From the NCBI GenBank assembly GCA_028287105.1, contig JAQBQH010000073.1:1963-65962 (forward strand): a DNA stretch of 64,000 nt. Reading direction: 5' to 3'. The notes below the pieces were generated by a model. That model worked only from the letters and a program-made list of their open reading frames with translations. It did not search any database and had not been told where the DNA came from. Below are positions 35,786-44,741 of this stretch, piece by piece. Within the stretch, counting starts at the first letter, position 1. Every line of letters starts with the position of its first letter. Both the position numbers and the translations under genes were made by a program. This DNA comes from Myxococcales bacterium (GTDB lineage: Bacteria > Myxococcota_A > Polyangia > Palsa-1104).

Positions 35786-37258
35786 ATGTTCATGCGCCAT
35801 TTCGCTTCCGCCTTGATCGTGCTCGTCTCCGCGGCTGCCGTCGCTCAGGAGCAGACGCCGGCCACCGTTGCCGCCCCCGCCGTTGCGCCCCCCGTTGTGC
35901 CGCCGCCCGAAGCTCCAGCGCTCTCCGCCGCCGAAGCCGGCGCGCTCCTCCGCCGCGTCGACGATCTAGAGCAGCAGCACCGCATCCTCGCCCGTCAGAT
36001 CGAGCGAGCCGCCGAGCAAGCCGCCGCCAAATCCAGGGACGCCGGCAGCGTCAGCTTCGGCGGCAAAGGCTTCATTCTGCGCAGCGCCGACGGCAAGACC
36101 CAGGTCGCCCTGCGCGGCCTCCTCCAGGCCGACGGCCGCGCCTTCTTCGACGATCACAAGTTCGCGCTCGCCGACACCTTCCTCCTGCGCCGCGTCCGCC
36201 CCATCCTCGACGCCACCTTCTTCGACCTGATCGACTTTCGCATCATGCCCGACTTCGGCAACAACCAGGTCATCCTCTACGACGCCTACGCCGAGCTCCG
36301 CCCGTGGCGGTTCTTCCGCATCCGCGCCGGCAAGTTCAAGCCGCCCGTCGGCCTCGAGCGCCTGCAGAGCGCCGGCAACCTGCACTTCAACGAGCGCGCC
36401 TTCCCCACCTCCCTCGTGCCCAACCGCGACGTTGGCGTGACGCTCAACGGCGACGTCGCCGGCGGCGCGCTCTCCTACGCCATCGGCTACTTCAACGGCG
36501 TCGTCGACGGCGCCGCCACGCCCGATCTCGACGTGCACGACGGCAAGGAGCTGGCGGTCCGTCTCTTCGCCCACCCGCTGCGTCCGCTGCGGGACAAGCT
36601 CTTCAACAATCTCGGCGTCGGCTTCGCCGCCACCTACGGCCAGGAGCGCGGCCGCACCGCCGCCCCCAACGTCCCCAGCTTCCGCACGCCCGGCCAGAAC
36701 GTCTTCTTCAGCTACCTCGCCGACCCCACCAAACCGGACGGCGTCACCTTCGCCGACGGCACGCGCTACCGGCTCACGCCGCAGCTCTACTGGTATGCCT
36801 GGCACTTCGGGCTGCTCGCCGAGTACGTCTACTCGTCGCAGGTGGTCACGCGCGGCTTCGACAACACCAGGCCGCTCGCCAACCAGGCCTGGCAGGTGCT
36901 GCTCTCGGTGGTGCTCACACCCGGCGATCGGGCCGCCTTCGACGGTGTCGTGCCGACGCGGCCCATCGACTTCAAGCATCCGCAGATCGGCGCCGTCGAG
37001 CTGGTGGCGCGCTATCACGAGCTGCGCGTCGATCCCGCCGCGTTCCCCGCCTTCGCCGATCCGACGAAGTCGGCCGAGCAGGCGCGCGCCTTTGGCGTCG
37101 GCTTCAACTGGTACCTGACCGCCAACGCCCGCTTCAACCTCGACTACGACCACACCGAGTTCTTCCACGGCGGCGCCCCCGACGGCACCAACGGCGGCGC
37201 GCCCACCAATCGCCCCACCGAGCATGCGCTCATCGGCCGCTTCCAGGTCGCACTGTAA
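35786..37258 (+). CDS. Outer-membrane porin of the phosphate-selective OprO/OprP family (Porin_O_P).
   Basis: Signal peptide. N-terminal coiled coil (LLRRVDDLEQQHRILARQIE). Then beta-strand-alternating sequence with the family block SFGGKGFILRSADG. Confidence 0.65.
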   Translation: MFMRHFASALIVLVSAAAVAQEQTPATVAAPAVAPPVVPPPEAPALSAAEAGALLRRVDDLEQQHRILARQIERAAEQAAAKSRDAGSVSFGGKGFILRSADGKTQVALRGLLQADGRAFFDDHKFALADTFLLRRVRPILDATFFDLIDFRIMPDFGNNQVILYDAYAELRPWRFFRIRAGKFKPPVGLERLQSAGNLHFNERAFPTSLVPNRDVGVTLNGDVAGGALSYAIGYFNGVVDGAATPDLDVHDGKELAVRLFAHPLRPLRDKLFNNLGVGFAATYGQERGRTAAPNVPSFRTPGQNVFFSYLADPTKPDGVTFADGTRYRLTPQLYWYAWHFGLLAEYVYSSQVVTRGFDNTRPLANQAWQVLLSVVLTPGDRAAFDGVVPTRPIDFKHPQIGAVELVARYHELRVDPAAFPAFADPTKSAEQARAFGVGFNWYLTANARFNLDYDHTEFFHGGAPDGTNGGAPTNRPTEHALIGRFQVAL

Positions 37259-37466
37259 GAAGACTCCATGCATCCGACTCGCCGCTACGGCCGTGAGCGT
37301 GGCGACGCCGGTGACGCCATCACCTTCGGCGGCGATGTTCCGCACGGCTACCGCAACCGCGGGCGCGAAGAGGCGGTCAGGTACCGGCTTCTGATCTACG
37401 TCGGAGCGGGCCCTGACGGGTCCTCGCCCGATCGCGCTCGAGCCGCGGGCGCTATCTTTGGCCGTC

Positions 37467-38138
37467 ATGGGAAAGAGACTGAAGGGTGTGCGCGTCGCCG
37501 TCCTCGCCGTGGACGGCGTCGAGCAGGTGGAGGCGACCTTGCCGATGCGGGCGCTGCGTAAGGCGGGCGCCGACGTGCGGCTGATCTCGCTCAGGCCCGG
37601 CAATATTCGCAGCGTCAACTTCATCTGGCGCGGCAAGAAGCTCGCGGTCGACGACACGGTGTTCCAGAGCGATCCCGAGGAATACGCCGCGCTGCTGCTG
37701 CCGGGCGGATTCGTCAATCCGGACCTATTGCGCCAGAGCGAGCGGGTGCTCGATTTCGTAAGCGAGTTCGATCGCGCCAAGAAGCCGATCGCGACGCTGT
37801 GCCACGGACCCGCGGTGCTCATCTCGGCCAACCTCATCGACGGGCGCCGCCTCGCCTCGTGGCCGGGCATCGCCGACGACGTGCGCAACGCGGGCGGCCA
37901 GTGGGAGGACAGCGAGGTCGTCCGCGACGACAACTGGGTGTCGAGCCGGAGCCCGCTCGATCTGCGCGCGTTCACCGCGGCGATGATCGAGCTCTTCGCC
38001 GAGCGGGCGCCGCGCGGGCTGCCGGTCCCGCCGCGTCGGGTACGCTGGGTGGCGACCGTCACGCGCCTCGCCAAGCTGGCCGCCATCGGCGGTGCGATCT
38101 ACGGCGCACGCCGCGCGCTCATCGCCGCCCGCGCCTAG
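37467..38138 (+). CDS. DJ-1 / PfpI-family (class I glutamine amidotransferase-like) protein.
   Basis: VAVLAVDGVEQVE...LLLPGGFVNPD...ATLCHGPAVL. Nucleophile-elbow Cys present. Confidence 0.75.
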   Translation: MGKRLKGVRVAVLAVDGVEQVEATLPMRALRKAGADVRLISLRPGNIRSVNFIWRGKKLAVDDTVFQSDPEEYAALLLPGGFVNPDLLRQSERVLDFVSEFDRAKKPIATLCHGPAVLISANLIDGRRLASWPGIADDVRNAGGQWEDSEVVRDDNWVSSRSPLDLRAFTAAMIELFAERAPRGLPVPPRRVRWVATVTRLAKLAAIGGAIYGARRALIAARA

Positions 38139-38205
38139 CCGCGCGCATCGGGCGTCGACCCTGCGCCTCGACAGGCGTGCCCCCGAGGCCGACTGGAGGT
38201 AAGCT

Positions 38206-40095
38206 ATGCGCGGGGTTGGCATGGGCGGGATCGACAGCGAACAGGCGCTGCGGATTTTAGAGGCGGTGGTCGTGCCGACACTCGTGGTCGGGCCCGACGG
38301 TGAGGTGCGCTGGGCCAACGCCGCGGCGGGGCGGCTGCTTGCCTGGCCGCGGGAGCGGCTGAGCGGCCAGCGACTCACGACGCTGGTGCCGGCTCGTTTT
38401 CACACCTTCGCCGGCGCGCCGCTGCACGTCTATCTCGGTGAGCATGTGCGCCACTCGCCGGAGCGCTCGTTCCGCGTCGCGACCTTGCGCTCCGACGGCG
38501 TCGAGATCGACGTCGATTGCACGCCCTCGCTCTTCGACACCGACGTCCTCATCCTGTCGCTGCACCGTCGGCCCGATACTTTCGCCGACACCGAGATCGA
38601 GGACACCGACACCGCCGAGTCGCGCTACCGCCTGGTGTTCGATCACGCGCCGGTTGGCATCTGGCACTTCGATCACCGCGGCGTCATCACCGCCTGCAAC
38701 GATCAGTTCGTGAGCGTCATGGGCTCGTCGAAGCGCGCCCTCATCGGTCTCAATCAGCTGACGCTCAAAGACACCTTCGTCGTCGAGTGCGTTCGCGAAG
38801 CGCTCGTCGGCGGGCGCGCGCACTTCGAGGGCGATTACCGCTCGGTCACCGCCAACAAGGTGACACCGCTGCGCGCCGACTTCGCCGCCATCCGCGACGA
38901 GGACGGCCGGCTCATCGGCGGCGTCGGCATCCTCGAGGACATCACGGCGCGAAAGCGCGCCGAAGAGGCGCTGCGCGAGAGCAACGCCACCTTGCGCGCC
39001 ATCTTCGAGTCATCGCCGCTGGCGATGTTTTCGATCGGCGCCGACCTCGCGGTCCGCACCTGGAATCCCGCGGCCGAGCAGATGTTCGGCTTCCGTGCCG
39101 CCGAAATCGTCGGTCAACGCTTGCCGATCGTCCCGCCTCACCGGCAGGCCGAGTTCGAGGTCAACGTTCCGCGTGTCTTCAGCGGCGAGTCGTTTCTCAA
39201 CGTCGAGACGACCTGCATGCGCCGCGACGGGACCGAGTTCGACGTCAGCGTCTCCGTGGCGCCGCTCGTGCAGATCGCCGGACAGGTGGCGGGCATCACC
39301 GTCGTGATCGCCGACATCACCGACCGCCTGCGCGCCCAGGCCGAGCGCGCGCAGCTGTTCGAGCAGGAGCACCACGCCCGGCGCGCCGCCGAGGAGGCGC
39401 TGCGCTCGCGCGACGAGTTCTTGTCGGTCGCGTCGCACGAGCTGCGCACGCCGGTGACGTCGCTGCGCCTGGCGATCCAGAATCTCGAGGAGATGGCGCT
39501 CCACGGCACGCTGGCGGAGGCGCCGCCGCAGGTGGTGGCGCGGGCGACCGCGACCGCGGTGCGACAGAGCCGCCATCTCGGTCGTCTCATCGACGCGCTT
39601 CTCGACATCTCGCGCATCCAGGCCGGCCGCTTCGAGCTGGCGCCCGTCGACGGCGTCGATCTCACCGAAGTGGCGCGCGCGACGGTGGCGCGGCTCGAAG
39701 GGGAGCTCGGCGTCGCCGGCTGCCCGGTGACCGTCGACGGCCAGCCGGTGGTGGGCCGCTGGGACGCCCCGCGCCTCGACCAGGTCGTGACGAACCTCCT
39801 CACCAACGCCATGAAGTTCGGCGGCCGTCATCCCATCGAGCTGCGCGTCCGCGGCGGCGCCGACACGGCGACGCTGTCGGTGACCGACCACGGCATCGGC
39901 ATCACGCCCGAGGCTCACGCGCGCATCTTCGAGCGCTTCGAGCGCGGAGTGTCGGCGCAGCACTATGGCGGCCTCGGTCTCGGGCTCTTCATCGTGCGTC
40001 AGATCGTCGACGCCCATGGCGGCACGGTGACCGTCACCTCGATCCCGGGGGAGGGCGCCACCTTCACCGTCGAGCTGCCGCGCCGGGCGAAGTGA
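38206..40095 (+). CDS. Multi-PAS sensor histidine kinase.
   Basis: RBS GGAGGTAAG. Three or four PAS/PAC modules. HisKA H-box SHELRTPVTSL. HATPase N/G boxes (LLTNAMKF; GGLGLGL). Confidence 0.85.
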   Translation: MRGVGMGGIDSEQALRILEAVVVPTLVVGPDGEVRWANAAAGRLLAWPRERLSGQRLTTLVPARFHTFAGAPLHVYLGEHVRHSPERSFRVATLRSDGVEIDVDCTPSLFDTDVLILSLHRRPDTFADTEIEDTDTAESRYRLVFDHAPVGIWHFDHRGVITACNDQFVSVMGSSKRALIGLNQLTLKDTFVVECVREALVGGRAHFEGDYRSVTANKVTPLRADFAAIRDEDGRLIGGVGILEDITARKRAEEALRESNATLRAIFESSPLAMFSIGADLAVRTWNPAAEQMFGFRAAEIVGQRLPIVPPHRQAEFEVNVPRVFSGESFLNVETTCMRRDGTEFDVSVSVAPLVQIAGQVAGITVVIADITDRLRAQAERAQLFEQEHHARRAAEEALRSRDEFLSVASHELRTPVTSLRLAIQNLEEMALHGTLAEAPPQVVARATATAVRQSRHLGRLIDALLDISRIQAGRFELAPVDGVDLTEVARATVARLEGELGVAGCPVTVDGQPVVGRWDAPRLDQVVTNLLTNAMKFGGRHPIELRVRGGADTATLSVTDHGIGITPEAHARIFERFERGVSAQHYGGLGLGLFIVRQIVDAHGGTVTVTSIPGEGATFTVELPRRAK

Positions 40096-40119
40096 TATAG
40101 TGCGCCCAGGACGAAACGC

Positions 40120-40506
40120 GTGAGCGACGAATCACCCTGCGTCATGGTCGTCGACGACGATGCGGACATCCGCGATTCGATCGGCGACATCCTCGAGCTG
40201 CGCGGCTACCGCGTCGCCCGCGTGTCCAATGGTCGCGAGGCGCTCGACCGCCTGCGCGACGGCACGCGCCCGTGCGTCATCCTGCTCGACCTCATGATGC
40301 CGGTCTTGAGCGGATGGGAATTTCGCGCCGAGCAGACCAAGGACGAGGCGCTCAAGGCGCTGCCGGTCGTGATCATCTCCGGCGACGGATCGACCGATCA
40401 GAAGGCCGCCGACGTCGGCGTGTCCGAGTACCTGCGCAAGCCGCTCGAGCTCTCGGCCATCCTCGAGGTCGTGCGCCGCCACTGCGGCGGCCGCGGCCGC
40501 ACCTGA
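40120..40506 (+). CDS. Single-domain response regulator (CheY-like receiver).
   Basis: VMVVDDDADIRDSI...ILLDLMMPVLSGWEF...VVIISG. Confidence 0.75.
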   Translation: MSDESPCVMVVDDDADIRDSIGDILELRGYRVARVSNGREALDRLRDGTRPCVILLDLMMPVLSGWEFRAEQTKDEALKALPVVIISGDGSTDQKAADVGVSEYLRKPLELSAILEVVRRHCGGRGRT

Positions 40507-40513
40507 GCGCGCG

Positions 40514-41431
40514 TTAGCGTCCGCGCAGGCCCTCGTCGTTGTCGACGACGATCTGCATCGGTGCGGCGCTGGGCCGGACGTTGGCGGCCGGGTCCCACGC
40601 CGGGCGGCCGGCCAGCCGCTCGAACTCGGTCGGATCGTGCGAGCAGAAGATCCGCACCTCGCTGCCCTGCTGCATCTTGAGCGCGCGCAGCCGCTTCTGG
40701 TTCCACAAGCGGGCGCCGCGATCCTTCTCCATCATCCATTGATACAGCCGCAGCCCGGGCGTGCAGTACGGGCGCTCGAGATCCATCTCGCGGTGGAAGA
40801 AGTAGGCGTCGCCGGTGAGGAGGATCCATCCGTGATCGCCTTCGATGGCCACGCCCGCATGGCCGAGCGTGTGGCCGATGAGCGGCAGCATCAAGATCTC
40901 CGGCGCCACCCCGTCGAGATCGCGGACGCAATCGAAGCCGAGCCACGGCTCGCCCTCGCCCGCCTGGTAGGCGTGCCAGTTCGCCGCGGTCAGGCCCCAC
41001 TGCTGCGGTCGGTAGCGCATGCGATCGAGCAGGGTGCGCTGCGCCACCGCCGCGTCACGCTCGAGGGCGAGCATGTGCACGGCCGCGTGCGGAAAGTCGT
41101 CGAGGCCGCCGGCGTGATCGAAATCGAGGTGCGTCAGGACGATGTTGCGCACGTCGCGCGGATCGAAGCCGAGTCGCTCGATCTGACGCACCGCGGTCAT
41201 CTCGCGGCGTAGCTCGGGGCTGTTGAGCGCCAGGAAGAAGCGACTCAGCCGCGTCCGCGGCGCTTCGACGTCGCGCAGACCGAAGCCGGTATCGACGAGC
41301 ACCAGCGAGGTCGCCGTCTCGACGAGCAGGCAGTGATTGACCAGGCGGCCGCGCAGGGCGTTGCTGCGATCGTCCATGAGCTTGCCGCCCAGCGGGCAGC
41401 TCGAGATGCAGTTGAGGTGATGAACGCGCAT
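40514..41431 (-). CDS. MBL-fold metallo-hydrolase.
   Basis: LTHLDFDHAGG (HxHxDH). Real start is MRVHHLNCISS (internal ATG). Confidence 0.7.
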   Translation of the reverse strand: MRVHHLNCISSCPLGGKLMDDRSNALRGRLVNHCLLVETATSLVLVDTGFGLRDVEAPRTRLSRFFLALNSPELRREMTAVRQIERLGFDPRDVRNIVLTHLDFDHAGGLDDFPHAAVHMLALERDAAVAQRTLLDRMRYRPQQWGLTAANWHAYQAGEGEPWLGFDCVRDLDGVAPEILMLPLIGHTLGHAGVAIEGDHGWILLTGDAYFFHREMDLERPYCTPGLRLYQWMMEKDRGARLWNQKRLRALKMQQGSEVRIFCSHDPTEFERLAGRPAWDPAANVRPSAAPMQIVVDNDEGLRGR

Positions 41432-41556
41432 GTAGAAATGCGCTGCATCGCACGCGCCACGATCGATGGGTCTGCGCGCTGACGACACGAGTCCCCGCTG
41501 AGGCCTGGCGGTCCACGCGGCGCCCGCGCTTTCGCGCGGTTGCCCCGAGCTGCAAC

Positions 41557-41572
41557 TGGCACATGGGTTGCT
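41557..41572 (+). promoter_or_regulatory. Candidate sigma-54 (RpoN) -24/-12 promoter.
   Basis: TGGCAC-ATGGG-TTGCT is a perfect match to TGGCAC-N5-TTGCW. It lies ~55 nt upstream of the probable start of the secreted-protein / ECF-sigma operon. Confidence 0.55.
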
Positions 41573-41628
41573 GGGTCTGGCCCATCGTGCTTGCGCGGAG
41601 GATCGGAGGCGCGGTAGGGCTGGCGGAA

Positions 41629-42762
41629 GTGTTCCGCGCCGCCGTAATCGCGATCGCGCTGACGTGGGGGGCGCCCGTACGCGCCGAGCTGCCCGCGCGG
41701 CTCGTCGTGGCCGGCGCCTCGGCGTGTCCGACGGCGGCGGCAGTGGCGCGTGCGATGGAGCGGCTCCATCCGCGACTGCGCATCGAGGTCGGCGAAGGCG
41801 CCGGCGAGCGGATCGAGATCGCCGACGACGGCGTCGGCTACGTCGTGCGCGCGGCGGGGCGCGAGCGCATGCTCAGCGACGACGCGCGACGGTGCAGCGA
41901 GCGCGCGACGGCGGCGGCAGTGGCGGCGACGCTGCTTCTGGATCCTCCCGTGGCACCGCCGCGCGACGAGCCGCCTGGACCGCTCGCGCCGCGGCCCACG
42001 ACGCCGAGACCGACGACGCCGGCGCCGACCCCGCCGCCGACGACGAGCGCTGCCGCCGAAACTGCGACATCCGCGTCGCGATCGGGCCCGGCTTCGTCGT
42101 CGGCTTCGTCGCCGGTCGCACTTCCGACGCCCACGACGACGCGCTCCTCCGCGCCAGCGCCAGGACGCGACGATGCGCCGCCGCTCACGGTCGCAACGGT
42201 CCGCCGCCGCTCGAGCCCACACAGCGCGGCGCTCTCGCGCCTGGAGCTGGAGCTGAGCGGTGTCGTCGACGGCGCGCCCGCCGTGGCCGACAGCGGCAGC
42301 ACCGTCACCGGCGGGGCCGCGCTGCGCCTCGCGCTCGGCGGCCGCTACGTCGCCGCCACCGTCGGAGTCGCCGGCCTGGCGCCGTCGAATCAGCGCACCC
42401 CGGGAACCACGGGCGTCGACGTCGGCGTCACGCGCGTCCCGTTCGACGCCGGCGTCCGCCTCGTCCTGCCGCGCGACCGCTTCGAAATCGGCGCCGACGT
42501 CGGCCTCGTCCTCGCCTTCTTGCGCCTCTCCGCCCCGTCGCTGAACAACGCAATCGCCTCGACGCGCCTCGACGTCGGCGCCCGCCTCGCGCCGTGGCTG
42601 CGGGTCTGGGTCCATCCGCGTCTCGCCATCCAGGCCGGCCTGGAGCTCGGCATTCCCTTCGCGGTCTACGACCTGGTCGTCGAGGGAACCGCGGCGGGCA
42701 AGATCGGGTCGAGCCCACGTCTCTGGGTCGGCGGCGCGCTGGGACTGACGGTGCGCCTGTGA
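41629..42762 (+). CDS. Secreted hypothetical protein with Pro/Thr-rich linker and beta-rich C-terminal domain.
   Basis: GTG start chosen downstream of the sigma-54 element. Signal peptide MFRAAVIAIALTWGAPVRA. The ORF-track start at 41563 overlaps the promoter. Confidence 0.5.
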   Translation: MFRAAVIAIALTWGAPVRAELPARLVVAGASACPTAAAVARAMERLHPRLRIEVGEGAGERIEIADDGVGYVVRAAGRERMLSDDARRCSERATAAAVAATLLLDPPVAPPRDEPPGPLAPRPTTPRPTTPAPTPPPTTSAAAETATSASRSGPASSSASSPVALPTPTTTRSSAPAPGRDDAPPLTVATVRRRSSPHSAALSRLELELSGVVDGAPAVADSGSTVTGGAALRLALGGRYVAATVGVAGLAPSNQRTPGTTGVDVGVTRVPFDAGVRLVLPRDRFEIGADVGLVLAFLRLSAPSLNNAIASTRLDVGARLAPWLRVWVHPRLAIQAGLELGIPFAVYDLVVEGTAAGKIGSSPRLWVGGALGLTVRL

Positions 42763-42791
42763 TTCTGACGATCTACAAATTCGTCAAAGCC

Positions 42792-43388
42792 ATGGAAGGT
42801 TCCGCCGACCGGCGCCCATCTACGGCAGTGGATCTACACGCGGCCGCCGAGGGGCTCGCCCAGGATCGGGAGCCGCTCGACTTCACGCGGGTCTACGAGG
42901 CGTGGTTCGAGCCCTGCCTGCGCTGGCTGCGCGCGCTCGGCATCCCCGACGCCGATCTCGAGGACGTCGGACAGGACGTCTTCCTCGTGGTCCGTCGCAA
43001 GCTCGGCGCCTTCGACGGGGAGCGGCTGGCGGCGTGGCTGTATCGCATCGCCTCGCATACGGCGAGCGATCATCGCCGCCGCGCCTGGTTCCGGCGGCTG
43101 TGGACGCGCGGCTCGCGCATCGATTTCGATCACCTGCCTTCCACCGCCGCGGGGCCCGTCGAGCAGCTCGAGCGGCGCGAGGCGCAGCGCCTCCTCGATC
43201 GCGTGCTGCGCACGATGAGCGACAAGCGCCGCGTCGCCTTTGCCCTGTTCGAGATCGAGGGATACTCGGGCGAGGAGATCGCCGCCATCCTCGACGTGCC
43301 GGTGGCGACCGTCTGGACCCGGCTCCATCACGCGCGCAAGGAGTTCCTGGCGCGCGTGGCGGCGCTCGGGGAAGAGGGGCGTCGATGA
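42792..43388 (+). CDS. ECF-subfamily RNA polymerase sigma-70 factor.
   Basis: Region 2 (DVGQDVFLVVRRKLGAFDGERLAAWLYRIASH) and region 4 (RRVAFALFEIEGYSGEEIAAILDVPVATVWTRLHHARKEF). Confidence 0.8.
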   Translation: MEGSADRRPSTAVDLHAAAEGLAQDREPLDFTRVYEAWFEPCLRWLRALGIPDADLEDVGQDVFLVVRRKLGAFDGERLAAWLYRIASHTASDHRRRAWFRRLWTRGSRIDFDHLPSTAAGPVEQLERREAQRLLDRVLRTMSDKRRVAFALFEIEGYSGEEIAAILDVPVATVWTRLHHARKEFLARVAALGEEGRR

Positions 43389-44149
43389 AGCGGCTGCGCG
43401 ATCAGCGAAGCGCCGAGGATGCGACGGTGGCACGCGCCGCCGAGCTGGTGTCGTCGCGTGGGCCGCTGGCCGACGACGTGGCGCGCAAGCAGCGCGTGCG
43501 CGGGCGGCTGCGACGGCGGAGGAGGGCGCCGATCGGCGCGTCGCTGGTGCGCTTCGCGCTGCTCGTCGCGGTCATCTGCAGCGTCGCGGTCGCGAGCGCG
43601 ATGATCGGCCGCGTGGCGCTTTCGATTCGCGCACGCCTCAAAGCGGCGCCGGCGGCGGAGACGCACGCCGCGTCGCATCGTCGCCGCCCGGCTGCGTCGG
43701 GTCGTTCTCCCGAGCCCGCCGCGCCGGCCGCGGAAGCCCCGCCGCCCGTCGCTGCGCCGCCGCCGCCGTCCGTCGTCGCGCCGGTCGCCGCGCCCGCGCG
43801 GTCCATCGTCGCGGCGTCCCCGCTCCATGCCGCGCCCTCGCACGCCGCCACGGCACGCACCGCCGCGTCGACGGCGCCTGCCGCCGTCGAGACTGAAGAG
43901 CAGCGCCTCCTCACCGCCGCCGTGCGCGCCCTTCGCCACGAGCATGACGCCGCGCGCGCCGCCGCGCTGCTCGGTCGCTACCTCGATCGCTACCCCGACG
44001 GCATCGCCGCCGAAGACGCCCTCGCCCTCGGCCTCGAGGCCACGCTCGGCCGCGATCGTCCGCGCGCCGCCGCCTTTGGTGCACGCTACCTCTCGCGCTA
44101 CCCGACCGGCCGCTGGGCGCCCCTGGCGCGCCGCGCGCTCGAGCCATGA
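43385..44149 (+). CDS. Anti-sigma factor (single-pass membrane protein, Pro/Ala-rich periplasmic part).
   Basis: ATGA overlap with the sigma gene. Cytoplasmic N-terminus, TM helix (LVRFALLVAVICSVAVASAMI), TPR-like C-terminal region. Confidence 0.6.
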   Translation: MKRLRDQRSAEDATVARAAELVSSRGPLADDVARKQRVRGRLRRRRRAPIGASLVRFALLVAVICSVAVASAMIGRVALSIRARLKAAPAAETHAASHRRRPAASGRSPEPAAPAAEAPPPVAAPPPPSVVAPVAAPARSIVAASPLHAAPSHAATARTAASTAPAAVETEEQRLLTAAVRALRHEHDAARAAALLGRYLDRYPDGIAAEDALALGLEATLGRDRPRAAAFGARYLSRYPTGRWAPLARRALEP

Positions 44150-44373
44150 AGCGTCTCCTCCTCGCGCTCCTCTTCGTCAGCGCCGGCTGCACGACCACGA
44201 CCGTCGTTCTCGGCACGCTCGCCCTCGACGGCGGCGCCGATCTCGGCGACATGCCCGGCTGCCACGGCTGCGACATGAGCTCGGATCCGACCGACCTCTC
44301 CGACACCGATTTCGGTGACGCCTTCTCGCCGTTCGACGCCTTCTCGCCGTTCGACGCCGCCACCGATCTCTGA
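44146..44373 (+). CDS. Small acidic lipoprotein (75 aa) with a CHGC motif and an FSPFDA x2 repeat.
   Basis: ATGA overlap with the anti-sigma gene. Lipobox LFVSAGC. Confidence 0.55.
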   Translation: MKRLLLALLFVSAGCTTTTVVLGTLALDGGADLGDMPGCHGCDMSSDPTDLSDTDFGDAFSPFDAFSPFDAATDL

Positions 44374-44437
44374 CGCATTCTCGCGCGCGGATGAAAGGTC
44401 CGCCGCCGCTCCGCCCATTGTCGCTCGGAGGTGGACA

Positions 44438-44716
44438 ATGCTTCGAGCAGTGCTGCTGGCGCTCTTTCTGTTCCCGATCGGCTGCGGTGTCACGCCGATC
44501 GATTCGACGAGCCAACGCGAAGGCAACAAGGTCACGCACGACGCCGGCGGTCCCGTCGATGCCGGCGGATGCGGTGGCCCGCACGACGGCTTCCTCGTCG
44601 ACATCGGCGGCCAGCCCTTCGACGGAGGCGGCTATCCGGTCGACATCGGCGGCCAGCCCTTCGACGGTGGACAAAGCCCAACCGACTTCGGGCATACCGA
44701 CCTCGCCCACTTCTGA
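44438..44716 (+). CDS. Small acidic lipoprotein (92 aa) with tandem VDIGGQPFDGG repeats.
   Basis: RBS GGAGGTGG. Lipobox LFPIGCG. Confidence 0.55.
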   Translation: MLRAVLLALFLFPIGCGVTPIDSTSQREGNKVTHDAGGPVDAGGCGGPHDGFLVDIGGQPFDGGGYPVDIGGQPFDGGQSPTDFGHTDLAHF

Positions 44717-44741
44717 GCGCCCGCAGGCGCACGCTCGCGGC

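Noticed and set aside
41563-41628. ATG 41563 as the start of the secreted-protein gene.
   Set aside because: It lies inside the predicted sigma-54 -24/-12 element and gives a poor N-terminus (MGCWVWPIV). A downstream GTG yields a clean signal peptide.
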